NCBI GenBank assembly: GCA_965214915.1 | Contig: CBDCCP010000002.1 | Span: 766,054-830,053 of the forward strand | Length of the DNA stretch: 64,000 nt | Direction of reading: 5' to 3' | Origin: Bryobacterales bacterium | Lineage (GTDB): Bacteria > Acidobacteriota > Terriglobia > Bryobacterales > UBA6623 | The notes under the pieces: model-generated | Database searches by the model: none | What the model was told of the DNA's origin: nothing | The model's input: the letters and a program-made list of their open reading frames with translations, nothing else | Shown here: positions 8,948 to 18,622 of the stretch, piece after piece | Numbering within the stretch: the stretch's first letter is position 1 | Layout: each line of letters opens with the position of its first letter | Translations under genes and position numbers: made by a program

Positions 8948-10000
8948 ATGATGCCGAACAAGAGCGCGCTCCGAGTTTCGTTTCTTCTCGCCGCGGCCGC
9001 GTGGGCGGCAACGCCCGACCGCGCTGCCGCGCAGCCCTATTCCAATCCGTACCGCATGGTGGAAGGCTGGGCCAAGATGCCCGAGGGCAGAAAGATGGGC
9101 GCCGTGGGCGGCGTCGCCATCGACCCCGACGGCAAGCACGTCTGGGCCGCGGTGCGCTGCGACGCGGGGCCGGAACGTTTCGGCTACGAGTGCCTCGACT
9201 CCGCTCTCGACCCCGTGGTGAAGTTCGACATGGAGGGCAACGCGGTCGCCGGCTTCGGCGGCGGCATGTTCATCTGGCCCCACGGCATCCACGTGGACGC
9301 CGAGGGCAACGTGTGGCTGACCGACGCGGTCAGCGCCGCGCGCACGCCCAAAGGAAACCGGGGCCACCAAGTCGTCAAGTTCAGCCCGACCGGAGAAGTG
9401 CTGCTGACCCTCGGCACGCCCGGCGTCGCCGGCGCCGACCGCAGCCATTTCAACGCGCCGGCCGATGTCGTCGTCGGCGATAACGGCCATATCTTCGTCG
9501 CCGACGGACACGGGGAGAACGACAACAACCGTATCGTGAAGTTCACCAAGGACGGCGAATTCGTCAAGGCGTGGGGCAAGACCGGCTACGCCCCCGGCGA
9601 GTTCCACACCCTGCACGCCCTGGCCATCGACTCCCGGGGCCGCCTGTTCGTGGCCGACCGCGGCAACAACCGCATCCAGATTTTCGACCAGGAGGGCGAG
9701 CACCTGGCTACCTGGACGCAGTTCGGCAGGCCCAGCGGCATCTACTTCGCCGGAGACGACCTCATTTACGTGGCCGACTCGGAGTCGGACGACGTGCAGA
9801 ATCCCGGCTGGGAAATGGGCCTGCGCATCGGCGACGCGCACAAGGGCTGGATTTCCGAGTTCGTCCTGTTCCCCTGGGGCGACCCGCGCGAGACCCGCGG
9901 CTCCGGCGCCGAGTTTGTCGCCGCCGACGCGGACGGCAACCTCTACGCCGGCGAGCCTTTCCGCCGCCGCTTGCAAAAATACGTCCGCGTCAGGCCCTAG
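8948..10000 (+). CDS. Secreted NHL-repeat beta-propeller protein, peptidyl-alpha-hydroxyglycine alpha-amidating lyase-like
   Basis: Signal peptide (LLAAAAWAATPDRAAA). Repeated NHL-type blades (FNAPADVVVGDNGHIFVADGHG.NNRIVKF, HALAIDSRGRLFVADRGNNRIQIF, GIYFAGDDLIYVADSES). Confidence 0.75.
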   Translation: MMPNKSALRVSFLLAAAAWAATPDRAAAQPYSNPYRMVEGWAKMPEGRKMGAVGGVAIDPDGKHVWAAVRCDAGPERFGYECLDSALDPVVKFDMEGNAVAGFGGGMFIWPHGIHVDAEGNVWLTDAVSAARTPKGNRGHQVVKFSPTGEVLLTLGTPGVAGADRSHFNAPADVVVGDNGHIFVADGHGENDNNRIVKFTKDGEFVKAWGKTGYAPGEFHTLHALAIDSRGRLFVADRGNNRIQIFDQEGEHLATWTQFGRPSGIYFAGDDLIYVADSESDDVQNPGWEMGLRIGDAHKGWISEFVLFPWGDPRETRGSGAEFVAADADGNLYAGEPFRRRLQKYVRVRP

Positions 10001-10110
10001 AAAAAGCGCCGCGCAATCACTTGGCGACGACTTGGTAGAGCAGGCCGTTCTCGGTTGCGTCGCTCATACGCATCGAAACAACCGTCCGATTTTGAGACAA
10101 TGTTTGCCCT

Positions 10111-11721
10111 ATGGCTAACGAGGTTTTACTTCTCGCCAACGGCGACCTACGCCTCTCGGCGAACCGCAAGTGCTGGCCGGCCCAACAAGAGGTCGAGGGC
10201 AAGCTCGCCGCCGCCGTTGAGCGCGAGGGTTTTGCGGTGCGGCGGGCGCACGAGTACGACGCGGCGAAGGGGCACGGGTTCATCGACAGTCAGAAGCGCG
10301 GTCTCGAGGTCTTCCGCTCCATCGACCGCAAGCTGCCGCTGATCGTCGTCGAGGCGGTCTGGCAGTATTCGCAGCACATCCTCGCCGGTTTGATGAGCCA
10401 CGAGGGGCCGATTTTGACTGTCGCCAACTGGAGCGGCCAATGGCCCGGACTGGTGGGCATGCTCAACCTCAACGGCAGCCTGACCAAGGCCGGCGTTCCC
10501 TATTCGACGCTCTGGAGCGAGGATTTCACCGACGAGTTTTTTCTCAACGGCCTGCGCCGCTGGCTCGGCGGGAAAACGGTGCGGCACGCGAGCAGCCACG
10601 TGCGGGCGGCCGGCGACATGATGCTGCCGCACAAGGCGCAGCTCGTCGGCCGCGATGTTGCGCGAGAGCTTCAGGAGCGCAAAGCCGTCATGGGCGTCTT
10701 CGACGAAGGCTGCATGGGCATGTTCAACGCGATTATCCCCGACCGCTTGCTGGCGCCCACCGGCGTATTCAAGGAGCGGCTCAGCCAATCCGCTCTGTGG
10801 GCCGCCATGCAGGAGGTGACCGAGGAAGAAGCGGCGGCAATCCGCGCTTGGCTCGACGCCAGGGGGATGCGCTTCGACACCGGCGCGGACGAGGCGAGCG
10901 AGTTGACCGACGCACAGATTCTGATGCAGTGCCGGATGTATATCGCGGCGCTGCGCATCGCCGACGAGTTCGGCTGCGACGTCATCGGCATCCAGTACCA
11001 GCAGGGGCTGAAGGACATCTGCCCGGCGTCCGACCTGGTCGAGGGGCTGTTGAACAACGTCGAGCGGCCGCCGGCCAAGTCGAAGGACGGCCGGACGCTC
11101 TACGCGGGCCGGGCGCTGCCGCACTTCAACGAGGTCGATGAGTGCGCAGGCCTCGATGCGCTGCTGACGAACCGTATCTGGAACGCGCTCGGCTACGACC
11201 CGGAAACGACGCTGCACGACGTGCGCTACGGGGCGCCGTTCGCCGTCAACGGCAAGGAAGAGTTCGTCTGGGTCTTCGAGATCTCGGGTTCGGTCCCGCC
11301 GAAGCATCTGATCGGGGGCTACGCGGGCGCCGTCAGCGAGCGCCAGCCGCCGATGTATTTCCCGCTGGGCGGCGGCACGATCAAGGGAGTCAGCAAGCCC
11401 GGCGAGATCGTCTGGAGCCGTATTTTCGTGGAAGACGACAAGCTCAAGGCGGATGTGGGTCTGGCCAAGGTCGTCGAGTTGCCGCAAGAGGAGACCGAGC
11501 GGCGCTGGGCGGCCACGACGCCGCAATGGCCGATCATGCATGCCGTGACCTACGGCATCGACCGCGACCGCTTGATGGGCCGCCACAAGTCGAACCACAT
11601 TCAGGTCGCCTACGTTCCCGACAAGGCGGCGGCGACGCAGGCGCTCAGCGCCAAGATTTCGGCTTTCCGCAACCTCGGCATCGAGACGTTCCTGTGCGGC
11701 GGCGGGCACGACCTGGCCTGA
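10111..11721 (+). CDS. L-fucose/L-arabinose isomerase family-like protein
   Basis: 536 aa. The N-terminal pattern ([18 protein letters not shown]...GFAVRRAH...[16 protein letters not shown]) and overall size resemble FucI-like sugar isomerases. Assigned from recollection of the family only. Confidence 0.5.
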   Translation: MANEVLLLANGDLRLSANRKCWPAQQEVEGKLAAAVEREGFAVRRAHEYDAAKGHGFIDSQKRGLEVFRSIDRKLPLIVVEAVWQYSQHILAGLMSHEGPILTVANWSGQWPGLVGMLNLNGSLTKAGVPYSTLWSEDFTDEFFLNGLRRWLGGKTVRHASSHVRAAGDMMLPHKAQLVGRDVARELQERKAVMGVFDEGCMGMFNAIIPDRLLAPTGVFKERLSQSALWAAMQEVTEEEAAAIRAWLDARGMRFDTGADEASELTDAQILMQCRMYIAALRIADEFGCDVIGIQYQQGLKDICPASDLVEGLLNNVERPPAKSKDGRTLYAGRALPHFNEVDECAGLDALLTNRIWNALGYDPETTLHDVRYGAPFAVNGKEEFVWVFEISGSVPPKHLIGGYAGAVSERQPPMYFPLGGGTIKGVSKPGEIVWSRIFVEDDKLKADVGLAKVVELPQEETERRWAATTPQWPIMHAVTYGIDRDRLMGRHKSNHIQVAYVPDKAAATQALSAKISAFRNLGIETFLCGGGHDLA

Positions 11722-11785
11722 GCGGCAAGGGTTGCGCATTCAGCCGCCGTAACGCTACGCTACTGAATCGTTAAGGAAAGAAGGT

Positions 11786-12580
11786 ATGCGAGCATTTTTG
11801 CCTTTCGCGGCCGCGGCGGCGCTGCTGTGTACGCCGGCGGCGGCCCGAACGCACGAAACTAATCCGTTCGGCTCCGCCGAAGACCTTGCCGTCGGCAAGC
11901 GGCTGTACCGCGTCAATTGCGGCGTGTGCCACGGCATGGAAGGGAAAACCGGGCGCGGCGCGCGGCTGGCGCGCAAAGTCCATCGGCGGGCGAATACCGA
12001 CGCCGAAATGTTCGATCTCATCGAGAAGGGAGTGCCCGGCACCGATATGCCCGGCGTGTGGCTGGAAGAGGACGACATCTGGAAAATCCTGCTCTTCGTG
12101 CGCACGTTCGAAAAGACGGCGGAAGAACCCTGCCTCGCCGCGCCGGGCGACGCCGCCGAGGGCAGGGACATCTTTTTCAACCGCGCCGCTTGCGCCGCGT
12201 GCCATACGGTCGGCATGGGCGGCGGACGTCTTGGCCCCGACATGAGCTTTGCCGGCGCGGCGTTTTCGCGGGAGCAGCTTCGCGTTGCCCTGGTCGAGCC
12301 GCACCGGGATGTCGCCGACCGCTACCGCACCGGGCGCGTCGAGACCCAAGACGGCAAACGGCACGAAGGCGTCGTGATGGCGGAGAACGGCTACTCGCTC
12401 TTTTTGATGGACCGCTCGGAGGAAACCCTCGGCTTTCAAAAAGCGGATTTGCGGTCTTTCGCCGTTGTGCGCGAATCGCTGATGCCGTCGTACGCGGACA
12501 TCTTGAGCGCGGCGGATATGGACCACCTGCTGGCCTATCTCTGCTCGCTGCGCGGTTCCGAAAGGGGGGCATCCGAATGA
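11786..12580 (+). CDS. Dihaem c-type cytochrome
   Basis: Signal peptide and two CxxCH motifs (CGVCH, CAACH). Stop TGA 12578-12580 overlaps ATG 12577 of the PQQ dehydrogenase. Confidence 0.8.
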   Translation: MRAFLPFAAAAALLCTPAAARTHETNPFGSAEDLAVGKRLYRVNCGVCHGMEGKTGRGARLARKVHRRANTDAEMFDLIEKGVPGTDMPGVWLEEDDIWKILLFVRTFEKTAEEPCLAAPGDAAEGRDIFFNRAACAACHTVGMGGGRLGPDMSFAGAAFSREQLRVALVEPHRDVADRYRTGRVETQDGKRHEGVVMAENGYSLFLMDRSEETLGFQKADLRSFAVVRESLMPSYADILSAADMDHLLAYLCSLRGSERGASE

Positions 12581-14172
12581 TCCGTTCGTATCTCGGCGCG
12601 GTTTTGGGCGGCGTGCTGGCTTGCGCGGCGGCGCCGGCCCAGATTTCCTACAACGACATCGTCAACGCGGAAACGCAGCCTCATAACTGGCTCAACTATC
12701 ACGGCGGGTATTCCGGGCAGCGGCACAGCCGGTTGACCGAGATCACGCCCGAGAACGTGAAGAACCTGCGGCTGAAGTGGGCGTTCCAGGAAAAAATCGA
12801 CGAAAAGTTCGAGACGACCCCGCTGGCGCTCGACGGCGTGATGTACATCACGGTTCCTCCCGGAGACGTTTATGCGCTCGACGCGGAGACCGGCACGCGG
12901 CTCTGGCGTTACTCGCGGAATTTGCCGCCGAAGCTGATCGCCTGCTGCGGGCTGGTCAACCGCGGGCTGGGCATGCTCGGCGACCGGCTGTTCATGGCCA
13001 CGCTCGACGCCTACACGATCGCGCTCGACCGCAAAACCGGACGCCTGCTGTGGGAGTCGAAGATGATCGACTATTCCCAGGGCTATTCGGGAACGCTCGC
13101 GCCGCTGGTGGTGAAAGACAAGGTGATGACGGGCACGGCGGGCGGCGAATACGGCATCCGCGGATTCATCGACGCCTACGACATCGAGACGGGCGAGCGC
13201 TCGTGGCGCTTTTACACCATTCCGGGGCCGGGCGAGTTCGGTCACGACACCTGGGCCGGCGATTCGTGGCAACGGGGCGGCGCGTCGATCTGGATCACCC
13301 CCTCCTACGACCCCGAGCTCAACTTGGTCTACTGGGGCGTCGGTAACCCCGGGCCGGACTGGAACGGGGATGTCCGCTTGGGCGACAACCTTTTTGCCGA
13401 TTCGGTCGTGGCGCTCGACGCGGATACCGGAAAACGGAAATGGCACTTTCAGTTCACGCCCCACGACGTTCACGACTGGGACGCCACGCAGGTGATGGTG
13501 CTCTTCGACAGCGAGTACAAGGGCGAGGATCGCAAGCTGCTGGTCACCTTCAACCGCAACGGCTTCAGCTACCTGCTCGACCGTGAAACCGGAGAGTTCC
13601 TGCGCGCCACTGAGTACGTCAAGCAGGATTGGGCGATCGGCATCGACGAGAACGGCCGTCCGATCCGCCGGCCGGGCAAGCTGCCGACCGCCGAGGGCAA
13701 CGAAGTTTATCCCCGCGTGGCCGGCGGCACGAACTGGATGTCGCCTACGTTCAGCCCGCAGACCAATTTGCTTTACGTGACTTGCGGCGAAGGCAGCAGC
13801 GTTTACGTCAAGGGGCCGAGCGAATACCGGCCGGGGACGCGCTACTGGGGCAGCATGTTCCTGAACGAAGAGACCAGCCACGAGTGGACCGGCGCCGTGC
13901 GGGCGTTCGACCCGCTGACCGGCAAGAAGGTATGGGAGCATCCGCTGTTCCGCCCGACGCTTGCCGGCCTGGTTTCCACGGCGGGCGGGCTGGTCTTTGC
14001 CGGCACCTCGGACGGGTTTTTCAAGGCCCTCGACGCCAAGAGCGGCGAGGAGTTGTGGCGGATCAATCTCGGCGCCCAGATCATCGCCAGTCCGATCAGC
14101 TTCGGCAGCAAGGGCCGGCAGCATGTCGCCGTCGCCGCGGGCGGCGGCATATTCGTGTTCGCCCTGCCGTAA
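12577..14172 (+). CDS. PQQ-dependent dehydrogenase (methanol/ethanol quinoprotein family)
   Basis: Signal peptide. Characteristic N-terminus (NWLNYHGGYSGQRHSRL...LKWAFQ) and repeated W-containing propeller blades (GRLLWE, GERSWRF, GKRKWHF, GKKVWEH, GEELWRI). ATGA overlap with the cytochrome c gene. Confidence 0.85.
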   Translation: MIRSYLGAVLGGVLACAAAPAQISYNDIVNAETQPHNWLNYHGGYSGQRHSRLTEITPENVKNLRLKWAFQEKIDEKFETTPLALDGVMYITVPPGDVYALDAETGTRLWRYSRNLPPKLIACCGLVNRGLGMLGDRLFMATLDAYTIALDRKTGRLLWESKMIDYSQGYSGTLAPLVVKDKVMTGTAGGEYGIRGFIDAYDIETGERSWRFYTIPGPGEFGHDTWAGDSWQRGGASIWITPSYDPELNLVYWGVGNPGPDWNGDVRLGDNLFADSVVALDADTGKRKWHFQFTPHDVHDWDATQVMVLFDSEYKGEDRKLLVTFNRNGFSYLLDRETGEFLRATEYVKQDWAIGIDENGRPIRRPGKLPTAEGNEVYPRVAGGTNWMSPTFSPQTNLLYVTCGEGSSVYVKGPSEYRPGTRYWGSMFLNEETSHEWTGAVRAFDPLTGKKVWEHPLFRPTLAGLVSTAGGLVFAGTSDGFFKALDAKSGEELWRINLGAQIIASPISFGSKGRQHVAVAAGGGIFVFALP

Positions 14173-14303
14173 CGCCCGATGGCAGTCCAGCAGCGTCCCG
14201 ATCCGCGCGGACAGGCCCATAAAGCCTTTATTATTTTGAGGACCCTTGGCTTGCACGACGTTGGTCCGATGTGCGCGGTCGCGAGGTAGGCAGGTGATCC
14301 GAG

Positions 14304-16001
14304 ATGGCGAAGGCTGAAGCCTCGGTCGAAGAGTTGGTGGGAATGATCGAACGGGGCGAGTTGCGGCTACCCGAAATGCAGCGCCGCTACGTTTGGCGTT
14401 CGACTCGGGTTCGCGACCTGCTCGATTCGCTCTATCGCGGCTACCCGTCCGGCGCCATTCTCTTGTGGGAGACAGACGAGGATGTCCCGCTACAGGACTT
14501 CGCACTTGAGCAGCAGGGCAATCCCTACCGAAGCAACCGACTATTACTGGATGGGCAGCAGCGGTTGACGTCGCTCTCCGCGGTGATTCGTGGCCAGCCC
14601 GTCGGAGTGCGCGGTCGCCGACGACCGATCGAGATTCTTTTCAATCTGGATCATCCCGAAGACCTCGAGGTCGTGACGGAGGTGAACGAGAACCTGAAGG
14701 ACGACGAACGGATCGAAGACGAAGCAGATTCGACCGACGACGAGCTTCAGAAGCGGTTCAACCGCATGACGTTCGTGGTGGCGACCAGGAAGCTGGAGCA
14801 GCTTCCGCAGTGGGTCAAGGTCTCCGAGGTCTTCAAGAGCGACAGCGACAGACCGTTCCTCAAGCGTGCCGGCATCACCGACCTCGACGACCCACGTGCC
14901 GAAAGGTACAGTAAGCGCCTCTCGCGTCTGCGCGGAGTACGGAAGTACGTCTACCGCATGGACATCCTCGAACGTACATTGTCGTACGACGAAGTCACGG
15001 AGATCTTTGTACGTGTCAACTCACTCGGGGCGAAACTGCGCAGCTCCGACCTTGCGCTGGCTCAGATTACGGCCAAGTGGCGCGGCGCGCTGGAGAGCCT
15101 GCAGGAATACCAGAAACGGTGTGCGACCACAGGCTTCGACCTCGACCTCGGTCTTCATCTACGAAACTTGGTTGCATTCGCGACCGGACAGTCGCGCTTT
15201 CTCACCGTTGGCAACCTCTCTGTGGCGAAGTTGCAGGGATCCTGGAAAGAATGCTTGCGGGGAATGGATTTCGCACTCGACTTCCTCCAGAATAATGCAC
15301 AACTCGACAGCCCGGCTCTGCTCTCGTCGCCGTTTCTGCTCGTGACGCTCGGCTACTACGGGCATCGGAGGCGCTACGAGATCAGCACCAAAGAAGCCGG
15401 GGAACTGCGTCGCTGGTTGCTCGTCGCCAACACCAAGGGACGGTACTCGCGAGGGTCGAGCGAGACGATTCTGGACCAGGATCTTTCGACGCTGCGCCAG
15501 GGTGGCGGAGCAACCGAACTCGTTGACCGCCTACGCTTGCAGGTGGGGCGTCTCGACATTGCGCCGGAGGAGCTCGAAGGCCGCAACCAACGCAGCGCCC
15601 TTTTCAAGACGATGTTCCTCGCTTTCCGCGATGCCAAGGCCCGCGACTGGCGTTCGAACCTCGCCATCGCGCTGGGACACCGCGGGGCTCAACATCGGCT
15701 CCAGTTCCACCACATTTTCCCGAAGGCGGTCTTGAAGGGCAGCTACACCAGTCGTGAGGCCGATGACATCGCCAATCTGGCCTTTATCGGCGGAAAGACC
15801 AATCGCCAGATCAGCGACAAACCTCCGAGCCAGTATTTTCCGCCGTTGATCAGGAAGTCGGGCCTTACGCCATTCCAAGCGCAGTGCATCCCCACCGACA
15901 ACGAACTCCTTGAGGTGGGTACGTACAAGTCGTTTCTCGACGAACGGCGCAGGCTCATCAGCCAGAGACTGAACGAATTCCTCGCTATCTGGCAAGCGTG
16001 A
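14304..16001 (+). CDS. DUF262 (ParB-like NTPase) + C-terminal His-Me finger (DUF1524-like) protein; GmrSD/BrxU/SspE-type nuclease candidate
   Basis: N-terminal ELRLPEMQRRYVWRSTRVRDLLDSLYRGYPSGAILLWE and DGQQRLTS motifs. C-terminal HRLQFHHIFPKAVL...NLAFIGGKTNRQISDKPP motif. Line 14701-14760 hand-counts to 55% G+C versus about 70% in the flanking genes. Confidence 0.8.
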   Translation: MAKAEASVEELVGMIERGELRLPEMQRRYVWRSTRVRDLLDSLYRGYPSGAILLWETDEDVPLQDFALEQQGNPYRSNRLLLDGQQRLTSLSAVIRGQPVGVRGRRRPIEILFNLDHPEDLEVVTEVNENLKDDERIEDEADSTDDELQKRFNRMTFVVATRKLEQLPQWVKVSEVFKSDSDRPFLKRAGITDLDDPRAERYSKRLSRLRGVRKYVYRMDILERTLSYDEVTEIFVRVNSLGAKLRSSDLALAQITAKWRGALESLQEYQKRCATTGFDLDLGLHLRNLVAFATGQSRFLTVGNLSVAKLQGSWKECLRGMDFALDFLQNNAQLDSPALLSSPFLLVTLGYYGHRRRYEISTKEAGELRRWLLVANTKGRYSRGSSETILDQDLSTLRQGGGATELVDRLRLQVGRLDIAPEELEGRNQRSALFKTMFLAFRDAKARDWRSNLAIALGHRGAQHRLQFHHIFPKAVLKGSYTSREADDIANLAFIGGKTNRQISDKPPSQYFPPLIRKSGLTPFQAQCIPTDNELLEVGTYKSFLDERRRLISQRLNEFLAIWQA

Positions 16002-16171
16002 CGAGGCATCACGACGGGGCACGGCTTTGGCTGCCTTTTCCCAGGTCAGCTTGATCTTTTTAGGGTCTTCGCCTGCTTCCAGGGACTTCAGCGCGTCGGG
16101 GTAGCCGGCGGAGCGCCCCCGGCCTCTCCAGAGAGGGGATTTTATGTTCTCCGTTGGCATCCGTCGCAAAA

Positions 16172-16207
16172 ATACATAGCATATCTATACATTGATATGC
16201 TATGTAT
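16172..16207. promoter_or_regulatory. 14-bp-arm perfect inverted repeat (ATACATAGCATATC-N8-GATATGCTATGTAT); candidate PadR operator
   Basis: Read directly from the sequence. It sits in the only AT-rich stretch of this intergenic region, about 35 nt upstream of the PadR start. The arms contain ACAT/ATGT half-sites, which are typical of PadR operators. Confidence 0.45.
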
Positions 16208-16240
16208 AGGAATAGAGTCGCTTTCCACTCGACGAGGAGC

Positions 16241-16630
16241 ATGAAGATGAACATCAGCAAGGACTTGGTAGCCGCCTCGGCCGCGCCGCTCGTGCTGGCG
16301 ATTCTGGCCGAGGGCGACAGCTACGGCTACGCGATCATCAAGCGGGTCGGCGAGCTTTCGGGCGGCCGGCTCCAGTGGACGGACGGCATGCTCTATCCGG
16401 TGCTGCACCGTCTTGAGCGGCTGGGCTACGTCGAGGCGCGCTGGGCGACCGCGGAGAGCGGCCGGCGGCGCCGCTACTACCGCATCACCAAGGCGGGGCG
16501 GGCGCACCTGGAGACACAGAGGCGGCAATGGCAGGCGGTGGACGCCACGCTGCGCGGAATCTGGATGGAGTTTTCCCTGGCGCCCGATGCAGGGCGGGGA
16601 CTACAGCGATGGGGGGTTGAACCGATATGA
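16241..16630 (+). CDS. PadR-family transcriptional regulator
   Basis: Winged-helix signature LVLAILAEGDSYGYAIIKRV...GMLYPVLHRLERLGYVEARW...RRRYYRITKAG. The start may be ATG 16241 or 16247. The stop overlaps the next gene (ATGA). Confidence 0.85.
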   Translation: MKMNISKDLVAASAAPLVLAILAEGDSYGYAIIKRVGELSGGRLQWTDGMLYPVLHRLERLGYVEARWATAESGRRRRYYRITKAGRAHLETQRRQWQAVDATLRGIWMEFSLAPDAGRGLQRWGVEPI

Positions 16631-18012
16631 CGACGCACGACGACGCGCTCGAAGCGCAAATTACCCAGTGGCGGAGTTGGCTGCGACGGCGCCCGGCGAT
16701 CCGCGATGCCGACGTGGAGGAGCTCGAAGGCCACCTGCGCGATCTGGTCGCGGCGCTCCGCGTTACCGGCCTCGCCGCCGATGAGGCGTTTCTGGTGGCC
16801 GTCAAGCGGATGGGCAACCTCGACGCCGTGTCGCGCGAGTTCGCGCGCGAGCACTCCGAGCGGCTGTGGAAGCAACTCGTGATGCCCGCGGCCGCGGCCG
16901 GCGCGCCGAACCGGAGGGCATCGCGCGAAACCGTGGTGGCGATCGTTCTGGCCGCGGCGGCGGCGGCGGCGATCAAGCTGCCCGAGCTGTTCGGCTACCC
17001 GCATATCGGAGCGGAAGAGGGACTGTTCGACGACGGGAACTTCTACTTCCCCAATCTCAGCTTCTTCGTGCTGCCGTTCCTCGCCGGCTACTTCGCCTGG
17101 AAACGGGGGCTGGACCGGGCGGGGCGCCTCCGCCTGGCGCTGGCGTTCGCCGCGGCCGCGCTCGTCATCAACGCCTTCCCGTTCACGCCGGCCGGTCACA
17201 CGTGGACGCTCGCGGCGCTGCACCTGCCGATCGCGCTGTGGCTCGCGGTGGGAATCGCCTATACCGGAGGCCGCTGGAGCGACGACGGCGGGCGGATGGA
17301 CTTCGTGCGCTTCTCCGGCGAGCTGTTCATCTACTACGTGCTCATGGCCCTCGGCGGCGGCGTCCTCACCGGTTTCACCGGCGTCACCTTCGCCGCCATC
17401 GGCGTGGACATGGAATGGTTCGCGCAGCAGTGGTTGCTGCCGTGCGGCGCCATGGGGGCCGTCATCGTCGGCGCGTGGCTCGTGGAAGCCAAGCAGAGCG
17501 TCATCGAGAACATGGCGCCCGTGCTGACGCGCCTGTTCACGCCGCTGTTCGCCGCGGTGCTGCTCGCCTTCCTGGCTACTATGGTGTGGACGGGCAGCGG
17601 CATCGACATGGAGCGGGAGGTGCTCATCGGCTTCGACCTGCTGCTGGCGGTCGTTCTGGGCCTGCTGCTCTATGCGGTCTCGGCGCGCGACGCGCAGGCC
17701 CCGCCGGACGCATTCGACGCGCTGCAGCTTCTGCTCGTGCTCTGCGCGTTGGTCGTCGACGCCGTAGCGCTGGCCGCCATCGCCGGGCGGATCTCCGAGT
17801 TCGGCCTCAGCCCGAACCGGGTGGCGGCGCTGGGCGAGAACCTCGTTCTGCTGGTCAACCTGATCTGGTCGGCGTGGCTGTACGCCCGGTTCCTCGCCGG
17901 CCGCGGCCCGTTCTCCGCCCTCGAGCGCTGGCAGACGGCCTACCTGCCGGTCTACGCCGTGTGGGCGGCCTTCGTCGTCGTCGCTTTTCCGCCGTTATTC
18001 GGCTTCATGTGA
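16627..18012 (+). CDS. PadR-coupled integral membrane protein (soluble N-terminal 'permease-prefix'-like domain plus ~10 TM helices, DUF4153-like)
   Basis: ATGA overlap with padR. The N-terminal ~85 aa are helical (ITQWRSWLRRRP...ELEGHLRDLV...FLVAVKRMGNLDAVSREFAREHSERLW), followed by many hydrophobic segments. Confidence 0.75.
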   Translation: MTTHDDALEAQITQWRSWLRRRPAIRDADVEELEGHLRDLVAALRVTGLAADEAFLVAVKRMGNLDAVSREFAREHSERLWKQLVMPAAAAGAPNRRASRETVVAIVLAAAAAAAIKLPELFGYPHIGAEEGLFDDGNFYFPNLSFFVLPFLAGYFAWKRGLDRAGRLRLALAFAAAALVINAFPFTPAGHTWTLAALHLPIALWLAVGIAYTGGRWSDDGGRMDFVRFSGELFIYYVLMALGGGVLTGFTGVTFAAIGVDMEWFAQQWLLPCGAMGAVIVGAWLVEAKQSVIENMAPVLTRLFTPLFAAVLLAFLATMVWTGSGIDMEREVLIGFDLLLAVVLGLLLYAVSARDAQAPPDAFDALQLLLVLCALVVDAVALAAIAGRISEFGLSPNRVAALGENLVLLVNLIWSAWLYARFLAGRGPFSALERWQTAYLPVYAVWAAFVVVAFPPLFGFM

Positions 18013-18157
18013 GGCCCGGACAATGCGGATGCGCACACGTCCCGGCGCCCCCGACGATCTCGGACCCGACGGCGACCGCGCTCAAGAAACCGGGCGGTAA
18101 AGAGACTTACCGCACATAACACTAAGGAGGTAGTCATGAAGAAGCGGCACAGTCGGG

Positions 18158-18352
18158 ATGGCCCTGACTTGGGCAGCCGTAGGGGCGTTCGTTGGCGTGT
18201 TCATAGAATGGATCAACGACGCCGTGCCCGGCGGTCTTGCGATAGGGTCGCTCGTCGATATCTGGCCGCCGGTGCTGGCGATCGCGGGCTTGCTTGGCGG
18301 CGCGGTCGTTTCCGCGGCGCTTCGGTTTGCAGGAGGCCGCCGCATTCAATGA
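18158..18352 (+). CDS. Possible small two-TM membrane protein; likely part of a frameshifted gene
   Basis: The 64-aa ORF has two hydrophobic helices (ALTWAAVGAFVGVFIEWI, IWPPVLAIAGLLGGAVVSAAL). A strong AAGGAGG RBS and ATG lie at 18136 in another frame. A further TM-like segment (LPLGALAVAAGVASAAV...AVAIIVVTT) follows in that frame. Confidence 0.3.
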   Translation: MALTWAAVGAFVGVFIEWINDAVPGGLAIGSLVDIWPPVLAIAGLLGGAVVSAALRFAGGRRIQ

Positions 18353-18493
18353 GTTGCCGCTTCCCCGTTTGCCGTCCGGGGTCGGCGGCCGGTCTTCCGC
18401 TGGGTGCGCTCGCGGTTGCTGCGGGGGTGGCGAGCGCCGCAGTCCCGGACTCTTGGCTGCGGGCCGTCGCAATCATCGTCGTTACGACTCCAG

Positions 18494-18622
18494 GCCCATT
18501 GGCTCGAAGACGCGCACGCGGCGCTCGATAAAGCTGTCACGTCCGTCTATGGCCGGCGAGCGGATATCGTCGACGAGGACGCCCTCCGCGAGTTGCCGGC
18601 GCTCCACGGCGGCGGGCCGTGA
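18494..18622 (+). pseudogene. Relic of the C-terminal tail of an N6-adenine DNA methyltransferase / type IIG-BREX PglX-like enzyme
   Basis: AHWLEDAHAALDKAVTSVYGRRADIVDEDALRELPALHGG resembles the conserved tail (..AH.ALD.AV..AYGW....SDEEIL..LLALN) of those methyltransferases. No catalytic region lies upstream. Confidence 0.3.

Noticed and set aside
16005-16160. Minus-strand ORF start MPTENIKSPLWRGRGRSAGYPDALKSLEAGEDPKKIKLTWEKAAKA, faintly like a tyrosine-integrase N-terminus.
   Set aside because: The similarity is only impressionistic. The ORF runs on as antisense of the DUF262 gene, so there is no integrase body. It is kept only as context in the DUF262 finding.
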